DNA of 64,000 bases from contig OZ024743.1 of the NCBI GenBank assembly GCA_964016885.1, positions 195,176,001-195,240,000 on the forward strand. The letters are read 5' to 3'. The position numbers and the translations under genes were made by a program. A model generated the notes under the pieces. That model was not told the DNA's origin. It saw only the letters and a program-made list of their open reading frames with translations, and did not search any database. Below, one piece after another: positions 23,923-35,672 of this stretch; positions within the stretch are counted from its first letter, which is position 1, and the number at the start of each line of letters is the position of its first letter. The DNA is from Eledone cirrhosa. Lineage: Eukaryota.

Positions 23923-26900
23923 ACATCACTCAGAATAGGCAGAATAAATGCGCGTGGCTTGGGGTCGTCATGGAAGCAGGGCCACCTGCTCAACGACCTC
24001 AGGTCACTAAACATAGATGTAGTGGCCATCAGCGAGACCAGAATCTCCGAAGCACGGGCCTTCGCACCGATCTTCGGCGGCTACGATTTGTACGCATCTC
24101 CCAGCCGTCCGAGATCGGGGGGGGGGGGGTGGAGTTGCTGTGCTTTTTCGGAGAGGTTTGGATCTTGCCATACGGGCCATCTTCCTGGACCCAGAAGGTA
24201 AGTTGGTGGTGCTGGACGTGACCAGCGGAGACGGGCAAGCTTTCAGGTTAGTGGCAGTCTATGCCCCGACAGGAGACCTTTCTTGGAACGTCCCGCTCTT
24301 TAGTGTTAGTGGGCGACTGGAACGGGATCTTAGATGCACGCTGGGATTGTGTGGGATTAGTGGATAGGGAAGGAGGGTGCAAGAGTCTCACCAACCTGCT
24401 CAGGGGTTTTGAACTGTCTGATAGGTACCGAATGGATTTCCCGAATGTACCAATGTGGACTTGGACAAATCGCATAGGGTCATCCAGATCATATCTAGAT
24501 AGAGTATTTTGTAGGAAAATAGATAGGTCTAGCATAGGCTGTCCACAATTCAAGATAGTCAGCTACACGGACCACAAATTCGTGATTTGTATGCTTGACT
24601 TAGATAGGCTTCATAGACGAGGACCCGGCTACTGGAAGCTGAACGCGTCTTTACCAGTGCGCAAGGCCTACAGAGACCGGATTAGCGAACTAGTTAAGCG
24701 GGCGTTGACGGGGGCCATCTTCAACAACAAGTGGTGGTTTGCTCTGAAATGAGCAATTAGAATAGAGTCCATTAGGTTTAGTAAGGCTTTAGCAATAGAG
24801 AAAAATAGAGCAGAGGGAGAATTAGTTAGAAAATTAGACGAGGCGCTTAGCAAAGGCATCGCGACCGACGTACTTGCGGCGAAATTGGCCATTGACCAAT
24901 TCTTCAATGCAATGCACGAAGGCTGCGTTGTCAGAGCTAGGGTGCGTGCTCTCAGACACGAGGGGACGAAAGCCGTTCAATGGGCCCGAGTGGCGGAGAC
25001 GCGTCGTGGCGATTAAGCCACAATCCGGTCTTTGGTGGACCACGACGGACGCATGCTATCGATCCCGGGCAAATGTGTGAAGCTTTTCAGCGACACTTCG
25101 CTCAACTGTTCGGGGGCAGTGGCGGGCCGGATCGAGGGATGGACTTTAGTGTCTACCTCGACGGACTGCCGCGGCTTTCGGCCTCTGAGGCGGAGTGTTG
25201 CGAAAAGCCGATAACAACCGCTGAAGTACGGGAGGTAATGACTGGCTGCACAAGGGGTAAATCGCCTGGTTTGGATGGTCTGCCCTATGAACTTTACGTA
25301 CAAATGCCAGACTTGTTCGGAGGCCTCTTGGCGGACGTCTACTGCAACTGGCAACAGAACGGGAGAATTTCCCAGCTCTGTGAGCCGAGGAGCGTTGGCC
25401 CTGCTGAGAAAGGATCCGAACAAGGGGGATAACATAGATAACTTTAGGCCCATAACTCTGCTAAACACAGAGTTCAAGATTTTGGCCAAGGTGCTAGCAA
25501 AGAGGTTGGCGCTTGTCGTTGGTGGTCTGGTGGCAGAGGCACAGACATGCGCCATTCCTGACAGATCCATCCATGACAACCTCCACCTCATGCGATACAT
25601 CGTAGAGAGGGTAGCTAGGGAACCTGGCACGGGTGGGTCTTTGATCAATTTAGATCAGTCGAAAGCCTTCGATAGGGTCGACCATCGTTACCTAGCGGCA
25701 GTCCTGAGGGCGGCTGGCTTTGGGCCCGTCTTCAGAGGCTGGATCACTGCCATGCACAGCGACATCTGCTCTGTAGTGAGTGTGAACGGTCACCTTTCGG
25801 AACCAACAACATCATGCGCTCGGTCCGCCAAGGATGTCCCCTCTCGTCCCTATTGTACGTATTGACTCTCGAGCCATTACTGCATAAACTGGAGACGTTG
25901 AGGGGCTCCCGCGCGAACTAGGATGCGGAAGATCCGTGTAGCATATGCGGACGATGTCACCGTAGTGGTGTCGAACGCCAAACACATCGAGGCGATCGGC
26001 ACTACACTAAGAGAATACGAAGCGGTGACAGGAGCAATGATCAACCAGGAAAAGTCAGTGGGCCTGCAGTTCGGCACCTGGAGAGGCAGCTCCATGCCGT
26101 CCAATAGCGTCGTCGCGCGCTGGACGGACGGACCGGTTAAATTGCTAGGGGTCTGGTTCGATCCAGACCTCCAGACGGACAAAAACTGGGAAGAGGTGAC
26201 GAGCAGTGTGGCTTCTCTCACCCAGAAATGGGCTGAGAGGAAGCTATCCCTGAAAGGTCGAGCGGAGGTGGCTAACGCGTACATCGCATCCGTCATCTAT
26301 TACCGCCTGACCGTCTTACCTTGTCCTAAGCCCCGCCTGACTCCGCTGGAGCGTTTGCTCTTTCGCTTCTTGTGGAAGGGACGCGCTCCGATGGTAAGGG
26401 GGTCCATCTGCTGTCAACACCCGCTACGTGGAGGGCTGGGCATGCTGTGGCTGATGATGCGCAGACACGCGCTCAGGCTACGACATCTCCACCTCTTCCT
26501 TGACGGTGATCAGGTGTGGTCGCCGTTTGCTAGACACGTTTTTCCCCAGCTCGTCTGCTTGACGGAGCTGCGGTCCTGGGTCAAGCGAAGACCGAGAGGG
26601 AGCGCTTGGAGACTGGAATGTCTTCAGGCGCTCGAGCCCTCGACCAATCGGGCAATGTGATCGGTGGAAACTCCACCTTGGCGTTCTATAGAGGATTAGT
26701 GGAGGCTAAGAGCGACGACGTACTTGGAGAAACTCTAGGCGTCGACGAAAATCAACTAGCCAATCTCTTCGGAAGGACTTTCGGGCCGGGGCCTCGGGAC
26801 AACTTCCAGAAATCCCTGGCCTGGCAGTGCTACCGGGGAGCTTTGCCAGTTCGGGATAAACTCTACAGGCATGGAGGTGCCGTCAGCCGGGCATGTCCGA

Positions 26901-27310
26901 GATGCACACAGGGCGACGAAACTGTCCCGCACGCACTCGTCCAGTGTCCGAGCATTGCTGACTTGTGGGTTTATGTCGAACACCTGCTGTCACGTGTAGG
27001 ACGGATCCAGCTATCAGCTGAGTCCATCGTGAGGATTGCCCCACCCTCTTCCTTTAGCCGGGAAGGGCAGGCAGTTTTTATCTGTCTGGTGGCCATGGCG
27101 AAAGAGATAGTATGGTGGACACGTTTGAAAGGGCTGAAGATGAGCACTTACCTCTTCGGTGATGCCCTGATTAACTTTTTCAAATTTCATTTGAAAAGGA
27201 AAATCAGGGTAGAGAGGGAAGTGCTCTCTTCCCAGCATTTTGTTGAAAGATGGGTGAGAGAAGCAAGTATGGCCCGAATGAATGGGCCTTCTCTGAGTAT
27301 GTGTCTGTAA
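23920..27310 (+). pseudogene. E4 ORF2 (APE-RT-CCHC), multiple frameshifts and stops
   Basis: INARGL, GDWN, TDH, FRPITLLN, LDQSKAFD, YADD and CPRC..ETVPHALVQC across successive ORF pieces. Confidence 0.9.
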
Positions 27311-27553
27311 ATTAAAGGTGGAAAACTGGGAGAGGGCACTTGCCCTGGTGGTCAGGGTCACTGCGGTCTTTTAATGGGCTCTCTCCACAAATGTCCATCG
27401 GAAGTCTCCCCCCTATTGTGACATTTTTCTTTGCTATTTTATTTCATCCTCTGTTTTTTTTAAACGCAGAAATGCCTATTTGTACCGTCCTGTATTGTCC
27501 TGTACTGTCCTTAATGTCTACTTTATGTAAACCCTTGTGGTTAATAAAGAAAA

Positions 27554-27606
<53 letters not shown>

Positions 27607-27607
<1 letters not shown>

Positions 27608-30600
27608 AGTTGCATTTATCTTGCTTTATGTTCATACGAGTTATCACCAAGTCACAACCAGTGACCTTAAGAGACAACAAGGTCCGCCATGTTCAAGAAA
27701 GAACATACATACTCACACATGCATCTTTAGTGTTTAGACTTGTGATGTACTTATATTGACAGAATCTTCCTTAGTATATGGGCAGTTCCCATTAGTACTA
27801 TCTTTTGTATTTCTCCTATACGCGGGTTTCCTGGGATTTGCGATAAGTAATCGTTAGACCCCTTAGGTATCATTCCCAGAGCGCCTACAACCACTGGTAT
27901 TGTTTTAGTTCTCAATTTCCACATCTTTTCCAAATTCTATCTCCAGGTCCTTATACTTGCTCAATTTTTCAAATGTTTTTATAGATACATTCTTGTCTAT
28001 TGGAACGGACATATCAATTAGCAGGCATACCCTCTTTTTAAAGTCCTTCAATATTATATCAGGTCTATTTGCATCTATTTTTCGGTCTGTTTGGATGCTA
28101 AAATTCCACAAGATTGAGATGTGGTCTTTTTAAAGTATGGGAGGTGGTTGATGTTCCCACCAATTCTTTTGATGGGGCAGGTCAAAATGCTTACACGTTA
28201 TCCAATGTATGTATTGTGCAGCTCTGTCATGCCTGTTTAGGTATTCGGTTGGAGCTATAGGACTGCATATTGAAATTATATGGTCAATGGTCTCTGGTTG
28301 TTTTTTGCATACACGGCATAATGGGCTGCATCCATTTTTTATTATGTTGGCTTGGTAATTTTTTGTTGGCAGACACTGATCTTGTGCTGATATAATCAGT
28401 CCTTCAGTCTCCGATTTCAGTCCAGAGGATGCCAACCACTGATGGGTTAAAGTTTTGTCAACATCAGGATTGTTAGCTCGATCTGGGTATTTTCCATACA
28501 GAGGCTTTTCTTGCCATTTCTTAGCCAGTTTCTGTAGCAGTTCTTTCTTTGCAGTTACTTTTACCTGCTTTGCTTTTTCTGTGTTTTCTATTTCAGCAGT
28601 AAATGGGACTTCTGAAATTTGTAGTCCATTACTGTATCTTTGTGCATCTTTTGTAATGGAATATGATCTTTTGATGCTTTCGTGTTTCAAAACGAGTTTG
28701 ATCATCCAATCATGTGATTCCCTTAGATATGTAGATAATCCAATTGTTGCAGTTTTCAACGCAATGTCTAACTGGATTAACCCACGTCCTCCTTCTTTCC
28801 TAGGGAGATATATTCTATCTGTATCTGCCTTAGGGTGTTGCATTCTGTGCATGGTTAAGAATTTTCGAATTTTTGTATCGAGCCTACGGATCTCTGCGCT
28901 TGACCAGTTGATGACATTGCAACTGTAGGTTACTACTGGTATGGCAAGCGTGTTTATGGTATCGATCCTATTCCTTGCATTCAATTCCATTCTTAAGACT
29001 GCTCTTACTCTGGGGTAACATTCCTTCCTTATCCTTTCCCTCATTGTCGAGTGCTTGATTCCGTCTCCTTCACAAACACCTAGATATTTGTAAGTTTTAT
29101 CTTGATCAAGTTCTCTTATCACGATCCCCCGATCAAGATTAATGTCTGAACTCTTCAGCAGCTTTCCTCTGGTGAACGTTGCTTTGGCGCATTTATCTAG
29201 TCCAAACTCCATTTTAATGTCATCACTGAACTGCTCCACAGTGGATAATAGCCCTTGCAATTGTTCATCATTTTTTGAAAATAGTTTCATGTCATCCATG
29301 TAGAACAAGTGATTAATGGTTTTGTCATAGAGTTTATATCCCTGTTTTGTTTCATTGAGCATTTTACTTAATGGTATAAGTGCGATGCAGAATAAAAGCG
29401 GTGATAAAGAGTCACCCTGAAAAATTCCACAATTAATATTAACTTCTCCAGCTTCCAGTGATTTTGTTTCACTATTCAAAAGGAGTGTCGTTTTCCATGT
29501 CTTCATACTGAATGACAAAAACCTCCTGACAACGGGGGATACTTTGAAAATCTCTAAACATTTTTCAATCCAACTGTGTGGCAAACTATCAAATGCTTTT
29601 TTATAATCTATCCAAGCAATTGATAGATTTTTGTGTCTATTATTGACAATCTTCCAGTATCATTTTGTTAACCAAAAGCTGATCCTTACAGCCATATGAG
29701 CCTCGTTTACACCCTTTCTGCTCAATGGGAAATAGGTCATTTGTTATCAGGTGGTCATATGTGTATTCAGTTAGGACTGATGTTAACATTTTATACATTG
29801 TGGTCAAGCAAGTTATCGGTCTGTAATTTTTGGGATTGTTTGTCTCATCCTTCTTCGGAAGCAGGAATGTAATACCGTTAACTAGCCATGATGGTATCTT
29901 TTCTGGCTCCTTAGCTATTTCATAGTAAAGTTGGGCTAACAGCTCTTGAGACTCTGTGAAGGGATTTATCCAAAAATTTTGTATTTTGTCTTTTCCTGGG
30001 GATTTCCATTTGCTGGTTTTTCTTAGAGCCAAGCGCAACTGTTCAACTGTTATATTTTCCCATATTTGTTCCTCAAGGTGAGCTGTATCTTTCATTTGTC
30101 TGTCTATCCATGGGGCATGTATGTTATGAATTTTTTCTTCAGCCCAGATCTTTTCCCAGAATTTTTGCACTTCCTCCTTGGGTGGTATTGATTTAGCAGT
30201 TATTGTTGACTTACCAATTTTTCTGTAGAAGTTTCTTTGGTTGTTTTTGAACATATTATTGTCCTTATAGAATCTAGATCGTTTTTCAAAACGCCTTATA
30301 CGAGCAGCTTTGGCCGACACTTTTTGCTTGATTATTTCTATCAGCATGTCTATGTCACTTGTTGATTTTATACTGTACTTTCTTTTCAATTTTCTAAGTT
30401 TAGTTTGTTTAACATGTTCACCTACTTTATAGTTTTTTAAAATTTCTATGTCAGATCGGAGAAGGTTTATTTGGCGATTGATGTTCTCTTGCCAAGTAGA
30501 TTTCTTGTGGGAATTCCCTTGTTTTTTCATCTTCACTCCACATAAGTGAGTGGTGACTTTAGCCGATGCATAATAGAGATGATTTAAATCAATAATGTTT

Positions 30601-32530
30601 AGTTTGTTTGTGATGATAATGTTTTTGAAAATTATGTTAGTCTTGTGTATTATCTTTTGGTTCTGTTTGGAGTTCTGGATCTTAGGGAGGGTGTCTCGTT
30701 GCTCCATGTCAGATTCTTTCATTTTCATCCATTCGATCATAATTTCATCCTTCAAGTTGGCAAGTTCATTCTCATTCATTTCTTTATCATTTACGATCTC
30801 ATTATTTTCATTTGGATTTTCATCTTGAGCATGCACTCCCTCCACTTTTTCGATCCTTTCTTTAATTTGTTCTGTTGCCAGTGATTCCGCCCCAACCCTG
30901 GGATTCGAAGTGTTACAATTTACCTCGTTTTCACTGACACGCGTTTCATTTTCCCTTCGCTGACTTTGTGCTAATAGCTTGATCTGATCAATTTCTATAT
31001 CAGTTAGTAACTTTTTTTTTACAATATTTCTTCGTATATTGGCTAGTTTGTTACTGTCAATATAGCCTCTGTTTTCGGGATGTTTCTTTTTCCAGTTGAT
31101 ATATGTCTGTTCTGTATTCGATGTATTTGATGGGTAGTACATGGCAGTGTAGAAAGCCTCAAGGACTTCTTTATTATCTTCCCTTGACAATTTTTCTCTC
31201 TTTTTCTTTGGATTTCTTGGTGGTGAGCATGGAGGGCCAACAGTAGGAGTATTCCGGTTATGGGAGGTCTCCAGCTCCGAAGTGATGGGAAGGTTTGAAC
31301 CATTAGCTGATTTTTCGACCCCAGTCTGGTTCCTCTCTGAGGGACGCGGCCCTTTTTTACCTGGGTGACGGCCGATCCGGTATGAGATTTTATCATTAGA
31401 CATTTACTTTATTTTGTCGCGTTTTATCCTTATCTGCCAAGGGGTAATCATTTCGAGTTACCACTTCTAGAACGAGTGTCAACCAAGACTAGAGGGGTCG
31501 TTCTCCCCTAGAGACACGGCTATTCCCCGCCGGCCGCACTCCCGGTATTTCTTGGTCACGAGGTTTTCTTTTTTGTTGTTGTTTTTTTATTGTTACTATC
31601 ATGAGTGGTTCCTTAATGTGAGCATTGCGTGGCTTAAGAATGAAATTATTAATAATTGTCTCCACTCCAGGCACAAGGCCAGCAATTACCCAGTGCATTA
31701 CAATAATATAATATACTTTTTGCTGAAGTTGCCTGTTATTCTTGTTGGCTATGTCGGTGGTGGTGCCGGGGCTTTTTATATTGTTGGTGAGGAAGGGGTG
31801 AGCCAGCAGTCCCATAGTTGTTGATGTTGACGTTATACCTTTTGCTAGCCTCTCCCTTGTCTAGCGATACCGCCACCTTCCCCTTTCTCTCTCAAGTTAA
31901 AAGGGGAATAGTGGTGGTAGCAATGTAGGAGTGGTGGCGGCGGTGATGGGATAGTGGTAGCAATGATGGATGGAGTGGTGACGGCGGTGGTGTTGTCGTT
32001 ACTGTGTTTTGTGATATGTAGTATCTATGAGTTTGTGTTCGTATGTTTAATATATATTGTGTTGACATATTCCCGTCAAATTGGAATTAAACATTTTGTT
32101 AAAACTTGAGACAATAATAATAGTAATTATTATTATGATACTGGGATTGGTGGTGGTGGTGGTGAAATTGCCGTTATCTGGCTGTTATATTTAGTGTACA
32201 CAGCGGGGTGATGGGGTAGGTGGTGGATCAAGTTTCTGGTGTTGGTGAAATTGCTGTTATTTGACTGTTCTATATAGTGTAGACAGAAGGGGTTTTCTTC
32301 CATTTATAACCATTTTCTTTTTTGAATATAAAATATATAATACAAAATTGAATATTTGAGTGATATAACAATATATTATGGATCCGAAATTTTATGAGAT
32401 TTGATTCGGTGATTTATGCATCATTTGTACTAAGAATTGTCATTTCACAATTGATTTAGATATGTTAAAAATCAAGAACATACGGGAACGATTTCATGAA
32501 CTTCTACCACCACGTGCGTCTTCTTCCCTT
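27607..32530 (-). mobile_element. R4/Dong-clade RLE retrotransposon, full length (D2; second family)
   Basis: Single long ORF, ~140-bp 3' UTR ending in (TAA)n and a ~1.1-kb 5' region. Its terminus is homologous to that of D3. Confidence 0.88.
27751..31403 (-). pseudogene. D2 RT - CCHC - restriction-like endonuclease polyprotein, three lesions
   Basis: YRPITCLTTMYK, QKGC..GCKDQL, WIDYKKAFDS, GIFQGDSLSPLLF, HLFYMDD, CRVC...ETIDHIISIC, RHD, RPDI..LIDMSVP..KLSKYKDL. Frameshift ~29640, stop 28130, frameshift ~27930. Confidence 0.9.
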
Positions 32531-32533
32531 ATC

Positions 32534-32586
<53 letters not shown>

Positions 32587-32595
32587 GTTATTATT

Positions 32596-35500
32596 GGCGA
32601 CATACGTAGTAAATCGTATCATCGTCAGCTCCGCAAATATTTGTTATTTTCAGTTGTTTAAAATTGGCATTTATGGAAAATTTTTATTGTTAACTATATA
32701 TAAGTGCACATACATGGTTTTCTGAAAAGGACACTGAAAAAGATTAGGGCTTTGTGCCCAAAATGTAAACTTTTATAATTATCAAACATTTCTTTGAAAA
32801 CATCATGGCTGACTCGCAGCTGCACCAAGCAGCTGAGAGCCTTCCTCACAAACTAACACCTCACACCGACACCACCATTGTAAATATTACTACGTTTGCC
32901 AACACTAAAAATATAAGCAGTAGCAATATTTTAAATTTGTCTCAGGCAGACATTTATATCCCGCCATTACCAATGACTGCAGGTGTTAAAGCCGCCACCC
33001 CCACCACCACCACCACCACAGCGAAAACAGAAACAAAAGAAAAAAAAATTAACTCTTGATATCGAAATGAATTCAACCAAAATGAACTCTTCCACACCGA
33101 ACACCACTTACGCCACCACCACCACAACTGAAACTAATATTAACAATACCAAAAATAACGATAACAGCAACAATTAAATTAAGAACACCACCCTGAGTTT
33201 TGCCAGAGTAGCAAAACAGTGCGAAGCATTACATGTAACTCAGGAGGAATTAGAAGAAGCCAAAGAAATGGTAAAGAAAGATGGGTACAGGGTCGGCCTC
33301 CCTCCCACCTCCCACCTAATAAAATGGAACATCGGCGCCTATGCACCGTGTCTTATCGGACGATAAACATAAAATCGCATCAAGTTGAACGGGCATCCGA
33401 GTCCCAAATCCAAAAAGCTTTGGGACATGTATGGGCAAAAAAAATCCACATCAGACGTGGGCAGAAATATGGAAGCGTGGACGTGTTCTTTGAAACACAA
33501 CAGGAAACCAGAGAACACTCCATGGCCCCATTAAGAACTGACGACTTCACACTCGTCCCAAGCTATTGTGGCCAGAGACTTGTGAAGATCAGGATGACCC
33601 ACATTCCACCGGCCATCGAAATTCCCTGGCTAATAGCTGCCGACCTCGCCGGCATCGAAGCCAACACCAAGATAATCGAAATAGCGAAAGAAAAGCAGGA
33701 GAACTGGTGCTGATCTGGGATCGAGCTCCTGATCCAAGCGGACCATAAAAGCATTGAGGAGATCCCAGAGGTAATAGACCTCACTGACGGCAGCCACCTC
33801 ACCGTAATCGTCGAGGGCAGAAGGCCTAGGTGTGTCGTTTGTGGTGAAGGAACCCACCTAAGGGCTTTATGCCCTCAGGCTAAAAGGTTGAGGCCACCTC
33901 GCTTACCCACCCCAGTGACTCAACCATCAACACCACCAGCAGAAGAGATGGCAGCAACAACTGTAGCAGCAACAACAGAAGCAACTGTAACAGCAACAAC
34001 CGCAGCAACAGTAGCAAAACCAACACCACCACCACCCAACGCGCCAGATCTAGCACCAGCGCCTACACCATCCACCACGCCACAACCAAAACCAACGCCT
34101 GTGGAGGATTTTCCACTCCCCGGCCTATCACAACTGGCGACAGATTGTGACGACGAGGAGTGGGAAACGGTATCAGGAAAAAAGAAATAAAGAAACCAAA
34201 AAAGAAAAAAAGATTTTCCCTCCCCCTCCAAAAACAAAATACAGAGTGATACAATTAAACTATCAAACAAAAAAGTTTGCCACCATCCACACCAGCTTTG
34301 CCAACCCCATCACCACAAACACCAACACCATCACCATCAGTAACCCCAACACCACCATCCCCAACACCACAAAAGTCACCAAAAAGAGAAACAGAAACAA
34401 ACCAACAACAAACGCAATTATTACACTACATCCAACACAACACCAGTATCACAGAAAAAGACTACACAACAACCCAAAAGTTCACACCACCTTCACACAT
34501 ACAAATCACTCGCATCACACAGAAAACGTACATGACACTAAACCAAAAATTCCCCAAAGACATCGAAGACTTCCGACAAGCACTCTCCAGGAGGATTTAT
34601 GAGGACATCCTACCGGAGGAGGCCACAAGCAGTGAAAGGGATGGAGAAACCATCCTTCCTCAATGAGAAGTAAGCTAAGTGGTCTTTACCATCTTTTCCA
34701 CTACATTTCAACATGACCTCACTCAGAATAGGCTGCATAAATGCGCGTGGCTTGGGGTCGTCATGGAAGCAGGGCCACCTGCTCAACGACCTCAGGTCAC
34801 CTCAGGCGTCGACGAAAATCAACTAGCCAATCTCTTCGGAAGGACTTTCAGGCCGGGGCCTCGGGGTAACTTCCAGAAATCTCTGGCCTGGCAGTGCTAC
34901 CGAGGAGCTGTGCCAGTTCGGGATAAACTCTAGAGGCATGGAGGTGCCGTTGCCGACCGGGCATGTCCTAGATGCGCGCAGGGCGACGAAACTGTAATGC
35001 ACGCACTCGTCCAGTGACCGAGCATTGCTGACTTGTGGGTTTATGTCGAACACCATTGCTGTTGCGTGTGGGACGGATCCAGCTATCAGCTGAGTCCACC
35101 GTGAGGATTGCCCCGTCCTCCTCCTTTAGCCGGGAAGGGCAGGCAGTTTTTATCTGTCTGGTGGCCATGGCGAAAGAGATAGTATGGTGGACACGTTTGA
35201 AAGGGCTGAAGGCGAGCATTTACCTCTTCAGTGATGCCCTGATTAACTTTTTCAAATTTCCTTTGAAAAGGAAAATCAGGGTAGAGAGGGAAGTGCTCTC
35301 TTCCCAGCATTTTGTTGAAAGATGGGTGAGAGAAACAAGTATGGCCCGAGTAAATGGGCCTATTCTGAGTATGTGTCTTTAAATTAAAGGTGGAAAACCG
35401 GGAGAGGGCACTTGCCCTGGTGGTCAGGGTCACTGTAGCCTTTTAATGGGCTTTCTCCACAAATGTCCTTCGGAAATCTCCCCCCTATTGGGGAATTTTT

Positions 35501-35627
35501 CATTGTTATTTTTATTACATCCTCTTTTTTTTTACACGCAGAAATGCCCATTTGTACCGTCCTGTATTGTCCTGTACTGTCCTTAATGTCTACTTTATGT
35601 AAACCCTTTGTGGTTAATAGAGAAAGC
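32596..35627 (+). mobile_element. Tx1 family A2 with ~2.7-kb ORF2 deletion (E5)
   Basis: Intact termini and disrupted ORF1 32805-34678. The ORF2 start (34713) is fused at ~34800 to the C-terminal segment (GVDENQL...), so APE and RT are absent. Confidence 0.9.
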
Positions 35628-35672
35628 ATTATTATTAATATTATTATTATTATTATTATTATAATTATTATT

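Larger units (their letters stand above)
21696..27554 (+). mobile_element. Tx1 family A, full length (E4)
   Basis: Same termini as E1. Flanked by (TTA)n at 21643-21695 and 27555-27606. Confidence 0.92.

Noticed and set aside
31445-31557. Canonical HDV-like ribozyme in the D2 5' UTR
   Set aside because: There is no P1.1/P4 or J4/2 catalytic cytosine between the P1 and P2 3' strands. Reported only as a pseudoknot candidate.
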